DNA of 57,815 nucleotides, filler included, from Sphacelaria rigidula (lineage: Eukaryota), in NCBI GenBank assembly GCA_964200075.2. It is 8 parts of 8 records of this genome, joined end to end, with 100 filler letters (N's around TTAATTAATTAA, not from the genome) between each part and the next. Parts side by side here need not be neighbours in the genome. Positions count along the whole stretch, not along the records: positions 43,439 to 50,577 come from CAXNAA020016301.1; positions 50,678 to 57,815 come from CAXNAA020016302.1; 6 more parts are not named here. One strand, 5' to 3'. Position numbers and translations under genes: made by a program. Under the pieces are notes generated by a model. That model saw only the letters and a list, made by a program, of their open reading frames with translations, was not told the DNA's origin and made no database searches. Below, in pieces: positions 49,151 to 57,815 of the stretch. Every line of letters starts with the position of its first letter. The stretch's first letter is position 1.

Positions 49151-49408
49151 GCAGACTAATGCTGAAATAGCCCCTCCCACAAAAACGTGCACCGGAGACC
49201 GTCCGACAAACCGGCTGCGATCCCACTTTTGGGCTCGTTTGCATCAATTTCGCCCACATGAGAGGCGTGTAGCAGTCAGGAATCAGATATAACGCCCAAA
49301 TGAGTCGCGTCGTGCAGCACGAAACCAGCTCTAACGGCATTTACGATCATCGCCTCCGTGCACTTTTTTTGGCCGGTCCGGAGGGGGGCTATCTCGGCAG
49401 CAGTCCGC
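49151..49408. mobile_element. Probable MITE nested in the LINE
   Basis: Imperfect TIRs GCAGACTAATGCTGAAATAGCCCCTCC / GGAGGGGGGCTATCTCGGCAGCAGTCCGC; separates the RT QG motif from the ADD motif. Confidence 0.6.
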
Positions 49409-49607
49409 ATCGCTCTCTTTTAACTCAATCCACCGCAAACCGCTGAATGATCACTTCCACCAAGCCTCCTCTGAAGATGTCGAACAACAGCGAAGACGAA
49501 ACACAACCTTGTCTGAGTCCCTGGCATACGTGGAACCACGCTGATAGTTTGCCATTATCTAGCTGTACCCGAGCTCGCATGACGTCGTCAAACATACGGA
49601 TGATCGT

Positions 49608-49818
49608 TGTAATGCGTGAGAGGACCGCGTGCTTAGAGGCCCGCGCCGTACTTCAAGATACCCCAGGATTGACGTTTCTCAAAACTAATCGGGTCAGTTC
49701 CTGCAGGTACCATGCCCCTGACCCTACCCCCAACACCAACCCTAACCCTAACCCTAACCATAGGGCTTTTCAAATTCCGATGCGGTCCTCTAAGCACGCG
49801 GTCCTCTCACGCATTACA
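49608..49818 (+). mobile_element. TG..CA telomeric MITE, copy 3, 5-bp TSD ATCGT, inserted in the LINE RT
   Basis: ATCGT at 49603-49607 and 49819-49823; removing it rejoins SRMIT|IIRMFD of the RT. Confidence 0.93.
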
Positions 49819-52800
49819 ATCGTGATCATTCGAGATGGGTCTCCGAACCGAGCAAGCACTTTTGATAGGAGCGTGCGGTCTACGGAAGGGTAGGCTTTCT
49901 TCAGATGGAGCAAATGTTTATTGGGATGTCGCTCGTCCGTCCCAACTCCTGAACTCGGCGTACTACGAACATCATGTCTGTGATCGACATTTGGCGCGTA
50001 AATCACACTGCTCTTCCGGGAAGACATCAGTTACCCCACAAAAATCACCGAGCCTGTTGGCTACGATTTCGACGAGAAATTCAGCAGTATGTGCCACAAG
50101 TGAAATGCCTCTGTAGTTGGTACGCTGAGTCCTATCTTGTGTTTGTGTAGCACTTTGATGGTAACATGTTTTCATTCTTGCGGCACCTCGCGAGCTGTCC
50201 AAACCGCAGATACGATGCTGTGGAAGTGGTACAGAATATCCGACGCCTCCCCGTCCAGTCCACGCTTCAAGATTTCAGCAGGAATTACGTCCGGACCGGT
50301 TGCTTTGCTGTTCGACACGGCTCTCAGAGCCTCCTTGGTTTCGGTTGGACTTGGTAGGTCTCCTAGTGACAGCGCCATTGGTCGTTGAGCGATCTCGATA
50401 ACGGCGTTCAGCAACATAGAGGAGTACCTTATTCCGTGGCCCGTGGCGAAGGATATTTGTCTTTTGTATTATTGGAGAGTGCCTAGACTGAGTTGACCCT
50501 ATGACTGAGGGATCAGATGCTGAATGAGAGAGTGAGGGCTCATGGCAGCTCGGCAGCTGTCATGAGCGGGATACTGTNNNNNNNNNNNNNNNNNNNNNNN
50601 NNNNNNNNNNNNNNNNNNNNNTTAATTAATTAANNNNNNNNNNNNNNNNNNNNNNNNNNNNNNNNNNNNNNNNNNNNAACGCGGCACACAAAAACTTCTT
50701 TTTTTTTTCTAAAGAGAAAAGTGTTTTTTTTTTTTACTCACACACCCCCCCCCCCCCCCCCCCCCCCCCCCCCGATAGATGGTGGCCACAGACGGCGAAA
50801 CAGGACGGGGATATGATATGTAAAATAGTTTTGTGCAATGTACGGAAGAAACGTGATGAGCAGCTAAATGTTGGGGGTGTCTCTAATAGGAGTAGGAACG
50901 GTGCTCCGTCTCGAAAGGCATGCGTGGTCAATGGTAAAACGACTGAGGCAAGCAACACATGAGTACGCCCCCCCTCCCCTGGTCCGGCGAAAATCCGCCG
51001 TTCTTTGTCCTGGCTGTGTAAATATGCGAAGTCAAATGGTCTTATGACTGCGGCATGCAAGATCATGAGTATGGTACACCTCTTCCCCCATGTTTCCCAT
51101 CCTTAAGCGACACTCCTTGATGCCGGTCTCGTTCGCATGCCAGTGCTCGTCATGATCTCGTCGTTGTATACCTCTCTGTGACCGCCCGACGGGGTAGACG
51201 GGTGATCTGTTGAATCGGTATCGCTTTCACCTGAATCTACGGAGTACTCTGGCGGTGAAAGGGGTTACGTCGCACGCAACTCCACATACACTAGCACTAC
51301 TCTTACTATTCCATCCACAACACCCTCAGATGTACGGGCTGCGAACAAGGGCGAATGCCCACTTATTGTCCCTCACGAGTTACAGAATGCAGAACTGACC
51401 CGATATCAACATATTTGGCATCATAGTATCCCCCACGAGCAAACGAACCTTGTGAAATGGTCATAGTTTTTCTTGCGACCTCATTTACGGTGGTGCTGGT
51501 GGTGAAAATATTTCTTGGCCAATCACGGGGCTCCACACTGTTCTGAAATTAAAAATTCGAGTTCCCGCCGCCTGCATCCGTACGCAATCTCACCACGAAT
51601 CAAACGTTTAGTAACCACCATCAGCCAGGGAGTTGTTGTTGTTGTTGTTGTTGTTGTCTTCACATTAAAAACCATTCCGATATCTGCGCGGTACATTGGT
51701 ACTGGGCATCTTATGCGGACGCGAGTCTAACGCAAGAAACAGATCTGAAAGTGGTTCGTATAGGATCGAGGTATACCCCAAAACGTGATATTTAGGTTTG
51801 ATGTGTGACGTTTTGACCTCGTCGGATGTCCTCTGATAATATAATATGCATCGAAGACCCAGAACGCCTTTTGACTTTCTCCCTTGTGACTTTAGTAGAA
51901 CAGCCCCACTCATCCTCAAACTTGGCACCTAGGTGGATACGGGTGCTACGAATGGAAGAGAAAATTTGTCCGGATATTCAGGTCATCCGCTTTCTTCTGC
52001 TTCCGGGCGTTCCAGCGTGAAGACCCCCAGAAGTCGGTACGGATTACTTCAACATACAAGTTCAACTTTGACTCGTCCCGAGGTACTCCGAGGAACGTTT
52101 GTTCAAAGCTTCGGTGCATAACTCGGAAAGCTGATGCCAAACGGTTGATTTAAGCTCATCAAGTGCGAACTATAATAAAGTAAGGGGATTCCGCGTACAT
52201 TTGTATACTTCAATGCACACACGGGCGAAAGCTCATGCCGTTTTGTCGAGTATTATGCACATGGATGCTCTGAGAGATATTCAGAATGTCTACATGAATG
52301 GTTCTTTCGATTGTCCTTCCCGCCAGATATCCGGGGTCCCAGAAGGCGGGTTTATTAACAACTGCTCCTCGAGCTGATCATAAGCTGCTCAAATAAGCTA
52401 CACAGTGGGGACGAACGGTTCAATGGACACTTTTCCGTGATGAAAGGGTTAGCTCTTTGACTGCAACGTGAAGTCGAGTTGAGTTCATGTATATACCGAT
52501 GCGGAATGGCGGGGAGAATGAAATGGGAGGGATGCTACGGTAGGGATGCACAAATATTTTCTGAAGTTAGAATTGTTAGGAGCCCTTCATCTCATGCAAA
52601 ACACGACCTATGAAAATATGTGAAAGTACGCCAGGATTACAACTCCAATATGCTGGGGATATTCCGAATGAATTTGTAAACGGAGGTGCCCTGACCCATA
52701 TTTTTGTGCATCTAGAGTTGTTAGGTGCCCCTGAATTAGACATGATTTGCGCGAAAAAAGTGCACCCCTACCGTAGCATTGCTCATGGGCACCATAATCA

Positions 52801-53363
52801 AAGTTCAGGTGTGAGATGTCGAGTTTTTTTTTTAATTTGACGAGTTCAGGACGTTTTTCTGGGATTCTTCATTTTTTCACAAAAACACGTCCTCAACTCT
52901 TGAAAAAATAAGAACGTCTCACCTGGAGCTATATCTGTTATATCCCCACGCGATTCTTCATCCCAAATTTCAAAGAGCACAACCCTCAAAACCGAGCTGC
53001 CGCACAACCGCCCGCAACGCTCAAATTCGTTATGAGGCTGGCCCACCTCGTAGCTCTCAAGCGCTCAAGAAACCGGTGTCTGTCTGACGGCGTCTGACGG
53101 CTAAACACGCCCTCATACACCTCGATCAAGTGCGTGCTGATGCTATCATCATTTTGTGGGTGGTGTATTGTAGCATCTCTCGCTCGGTCGCCAACGTTTT
53201 TCCACAGCATCCCGCTGTGTTTTTCTCCCCTCTTTCACCTATCACTATGGATGCGCGGCGATTCTTCACCAACGCCAGGTTGAAGACCCACGAAGACGGT
53301 TATTTCCATTGCAGTCGTGTCCGCGATGAGTGGCGCTAAGCGATGGGTGCAGCACTATTTTTC

Positions 53364-53621
53364 CACGGATCGGACGAATAAATGATTCGTGTGGAAATTA
53401 CTTGATTTTGGTGTGATTGATTCGTACGGTACGAATCAATCGTTGGGCTTTGTTTTCAGCGTTGTAACCCAGGTACGCGCAGCCCAGGCACGCGGAATGG
53501 CGCAAAAGTTGCGTGGGAATCTTCTTGACCATCGGTCGACTTTCTCCTCTCTTTCGAGCAATCAGGCCTGAAAAATCGTGGATTTGGTGATTCGAACCGG
53601 CGATGATTTGTCCGAAGTGTG
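53364..53621 (+). mobile_element. hAT-like MITE (same family as 33342-33576)
   Basis: CACGGATCGGACGAAT ... TTTGTCCGAAGTGTG; flanks CTATTTTTC / CTATTTTC (near-perfect 8-bp TSD). Confidence 0.8.
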
Positions 53622-54528
53622 CTATTTTCTGAGGTTCGAATTGTTAGAAGCCCTCCATCCCATCCAAAATAACGACTTGGTATGAAGTATGTGAGAGCAC
53701 TCCACGATTAATATTCCGGTGGGTTGGGGATTCCCAAAATAATTTGAAAACGGGAATGTGCTGACCCCTATATACTTGTGCAGCTCCTAACTTTATGAGC
53801 CCCCGAATGACAAAGATCTGGGCCAAAATCTGCAAGTCCTATCGCAGGATGACTCCCGTATCAACATTCTGAGTTCTGCGAGCATGATTTTCACGCCGCG
53901 TATCCTACAGTTGATTGTTCACGAAGTTTGAGAGCAGAGAAAAATGGTAAATTCCGAGGAAATACATGACCAACTTCGCCGGTTATTGGTGGGCTTTGAT
54001 TGCATTTAATCAAACGAACAGTGCAGACGGTCGGCCCCTCGCTACAGAAAAGCTCTCAAATCGTTCGTCGACGGTTTAACGAGAAATATACGGGCATCAA
54101 CCTCTCGTCGAAGAGGAAGAGAAAAAAAAAACGGGTGAGAGGGGTAGTTGTTCATGTGGCGCATGTGTGCTCTCAACTCGGTAGCACTCCGTTGCACAAA
54201 AATCGAAGTCCCCAAGTAAACTGATCCTAGATTTTTTTCTCCGAATGAATATTCGACATCACGAGCTCAATCATCCAGACTCTCTCGGTCGAGAGATGGA
54301 AGATTGTAGAGGTCAACAACAAACGCTATGCAAAGCATCAGCGTTTGGAAAAACGATGCTAAAGAATCAAGGATAATAGTAACAATAGTAATACAAAAGA
54401 AACACTCAATCGAGCGCATCCGTCGGGCCTGGATTTCGAGACGATGTACGCATCTGCTGTGACGGAATATTACACTCCCTCTCCCCTCTCCCACTCACCC
54501 CCCCCCCCCACCCCCCTCCCCACCCCCC

Positions 54529-54621
54529 TGGTCCGGCGAAAACCCGGCGTGCTCCGTCCCGGCTCTGTAGGGATGCGAGATCAATGGTCTCATGACTATG
54601 GCATGCATGATCATGAGTACA
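54529..54621 (-). repeat. 93-bp TG..CA repeat, full copy; further copies at 50980-51078, 55066-55151, 23603-23652 (partial), 43789-43832 (partial)
   Basis: TGGTCCGGCGAAAACCCGGCGTGCTCCGTCCC..GCATGCATGATCATGAGTACA flanked by CCCCCC on both sides. Confidence 0.85.
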
Positions 54622-57214
54622 CCCCCCTCCCCTAACTCTATAACCGCTTTGCTGCATTGTACGGTATATTTCCCACTCAGAATACTCCTCGAAAATCACA
54701 AGTTTCCCAGGACGTTTTAGTTCTAGAGTGGCCAACGAACCACCCTGAAAACGCAGGACGTAACAACGTTGAGTCAAGGAGGGTGAGCGGAAGCGATCAA
54801 ACCAACACAGTTTCATTTTTTTGTGAAAATCAGTTACCCCCTTTCCCCCTCTCAAAACGCTTATCCAGAAAGCAGCGTGTAGGCCATTTCTATCTCTGAA
54901 ATTGGCAAGATCAGAAAATGAGGCAACCCATGTGAGGTCGTCATCCATAAGCAGGACAATTAGTACACGCTTCGGACCGAACAATATGAGCAGGATGCAG
55001 GTCACCCCTTATGCGACTCGCCGAACACATAACGGCGCTTCGCGCTTGGTGATTGATTGCGAACCTGGTCCGGCGAAAGCCCGGCGTGCTCCGCCCCGCA
55101 TTTGGTAGGGATGCGAGGTCAATGACTACGGCATGCAGAATCATGAGTACAAACTCCCTCCACAACACTCGAGTTTTGTCGTGGCCCACACCCTTCGAGA
55201 GAGGCTTCACTATACGTGCGGTGGATTGGTCACCATGAGGTTTATCTTCGCAGTGTTGGCACCACGTATACATCCTGGCAGACGCTGACGCTATTTAGCT
55301 CGTGGGGTGGTTATGAGCATTCCAGTTGGGCTCATCAACCGCTTCGCCACTGTTGTTGCTGCCTCCACCGTGCTGTCCGTCAGGCTCCGCCACCATCCAG
55401 TCTTTGCCCCACAAGTGCTCGGGCATGGTCAGCACTTGTGCCACCTGAGGTCTGGCCGATAAGCACCCAAGATGAGAGATGAGAGAAAAAAAAACACGAG
55501 TAGTGAAAAGCAGTTGCAGTGCCAGGCAGAGAGAAAGGGAGAGAGAGAGATAGTGAGTGAGAGAGGGAGAGCAGGGTGGTCGAGATAGGATGAGGTGTTA
55601 CTTTGACGATCTGAGGCCTGGAAAACCAGTACGATCACCTCAATAGCAGCATGCGATATGCCCAAGGGCCGGAAGGTTAGCAATTCAGCGATGGAGGGTG
55701 AACACAGGGGATGAAACGCGCGGGGAGAGTGGAGAGCATAAATGGCTATTCTGTTCTTTGGTTCTGTTATTTTTTTTCTTCCATTTTTTTTTTTTTTACG
55801 CCGCTTAAAATAGTTTCCATGGGTATGATTTTTTTTCATTTCTCGTCCTTCCCCCGTCGTCGGTAACCATATTTTTGGTCAACATTTCTCGTTTTTATTA
55901 TCCAATATTTTTCGCATGTTCGGGCGACCTGCGGGTCATTTGCCGATTACTGACAGTGTTGTCGAAAATGGTTACGTTCTCGGGAGAAAAGCGTCAAGGG
56001 TATACGGTAGCATTGCATTATTATTCGGAAAAACAAGGGACAACATCGATTTGTTCCCGGCTTTTTCACGTAGTTTTCTTTTCGTGTTTTGTCTGTGTGT
56101 ATTTCTTCCTGTCGCTTGTTTTCTTGAACCAAGAAAATGTAACGGTTGAATGCGCGGGGTTAGGCGAAAACGTGAACAGCGGTGGAGAACAAAAAAACAG
56201 GAGAGACGGGGAAGGGTAAAACATAAAAACATTGGCAATCGAAGTGAAAAAGAAAAAAACGGAGCGCGTAGTCGGTTTTGATGTAAGAACGAACTAAGCG
56301 TACGACGACGTATTTGTGGGAGGTTTATAATGGGTCCCAGCCGTAAGAGGTTAAGTCACACGGGGGTTAGTTATCCGAGAGCGTAACACACACCACGTTA
56401 ACAGGATTTCTGGACCATTATCGTCACGTATGGTCGATAGGTATCTCAACCATCTTCTCTACGCGGGGGGATGATTGATATGGTCGGGGAGGGGACGAGA
56501 AAAGCGCGGGGGTGTTGTCAAGTGTTTCATCTCCGAAACCTCTTGTCGTGGACATGTGGGATATAATAGATGCATGGCGAGAGAGGAAAGGGGAGACTTG
56601 TGGGGACGCGGGTGAGAGAAGTCTGGGCAGGGGGGCTCTACTGTGACTTCACCAACCCCTGCCTCCCGATACTGTGATTGGATCATGACCCTGGTTTGAA
56701 TCACCACCCTCGTACTCAACCCTTGTCCTGTTAACGGGTGGGCGGGGTAGGGAGGGGGGGGGGAGGTTGCAGTGTGCCGACCTGTCGTTCGGCGTTCCGC
56801 TGCAGGATGGCTCGGCACCCTTCTTCGAGGTGCGTTGCCTACGCTATACCGATCGCATGATGTTGCCGAAACGGCGACAGGGGATGGGGGTTGGAGCATG
56901 ACGAGGGGCATGCAGGTAGACGCCAGAAATCGTGCCAACAGGTGCTATTCATAGTATCGAGTATACCGGAATTTCTCCCCGTAGTGCGTTGGGTAGGCAG
57001 GCTGACGGAGGCTTGACCGCGACTGTCGTCGGTTCCCGCATTTTACTGGATCATGGAACCAGTGCGATTGCTGTTGATGGATGGTGCGGGGGTGGGGGGG
57101 GGGGGGGGGGGGGGGGGGGGTTTGTTTTTTTATTTTTTTGGTTCGCACTGATGGTGTTTTTTTTTGTGNNNNNNNNNNGGTTGAGGCTGGGGGGGGGGGG
57201 GGTGTTGGGGGGGT

Positions 57215-57250
<36 letters not shown>

Positions 57251-57815
57251 GGGAGGATTCTTGATTGTTCATCCTTTTGGAACCTACTGACGATGTTTGT
57301 TTTTGTGGATCGGCATCATTTTGACTTGAAAATGACTGAAAATGAGGCCGATTCATGAAAATAAAAATCGTCAATGAGTTCCAAAAGAGGGTTAACATGA
57401 GCGCGATTTTGACCGCGTCGTGAGTGAGGGCACCGTCCCTCTCGACGGGATTGAAATATCCGACGATCCTGCAATGTATCCGAGTATATAAACGGAATCT
57501 TTCTCAAGAGGGAAAGACACCGTCGTCCAAAAGGGTGTCGATTCGAAGATGAGAAAAACGGAGAAGTACGATAATGTGGAGGGAAGGGAGGGGCGCGGCG
57601 TTGTGTTTGATTTCCCCTTTCGGGGATGTTGTGGCGAGAGGGTAGGGGAGGCGAGTGGAGCGGTCGTGAGCGAAAAGGGAAAGCTTTCCTTGATGGCGTC
57701 GTCTGTATGCGTACCGTAAGTTACCGTCGGCGAAGCAGGAAAAACGAGTGTATAGGAAAAGCTTTCATCATTTTGCTTGACATTCTTGTTGCTTGGTATT
57801 CGAGAGTTCGGGGGG

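Larger units (their letters stand above)
48000..50420 (-). mobile_element. 5'-truncated, decayed RTE-like LINE (reverse transcriptase pseudogene)
   Basis: Frameshifted motifs KATGPDVIPAEILK, NYRGISLV, LKKAYPSVDR, QGLRQGCV..LLF, HADD, FFYLGG, LLYGC; interrupted by two insertions. Confidence 0.92.

Overview
This window is not contiguous genome. It is eight unrelated eukaryotic contigs of almost identical, descending length (7140, 7140, 7140, 7140, 7139, 7139, 7139, 7138 bp) joined by 100-bp N spacers that carry the six-frame stop linker TTAATTAATTAA, i.e. a size-sorted 'unplaced' pseudo-scaffold. The DNA is intron-rich, repeat-dense and roughly balanced in GC. It has TTAGGG repeats and a flagellar gene, which is most consistent with a brown alga or another stramenopile (inference). 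Recognisable coding content: (1) the last three exons of the axonemal gene CFAP43, (2) a spliced Sola-type DDD transposase with at least four stop-free exons and all three candidate catalytic Asp, (3) one exon of an HPAT/SGT1-like (GT95/GT96) glycosyltransferase, (4) one low-complexity exon of an unknown gene, and (5) a decayed RTE-like LINE. The rest is non-autonomous elements: hAT-like, Mutator-like, piggyBac-like and Tc1/mariner-like MITEs, a tRNA-derived SINE, a TG..CA MITE carrying telomeric repeats, a 93-bp G-run-flanked repeat, foldback hairpins and microsatellites. Most ORFs in the supplied track are spurious. I found no prokaryotic-style system. The best candidates for novelty are the intron-rich transposase and two unusual short element families.
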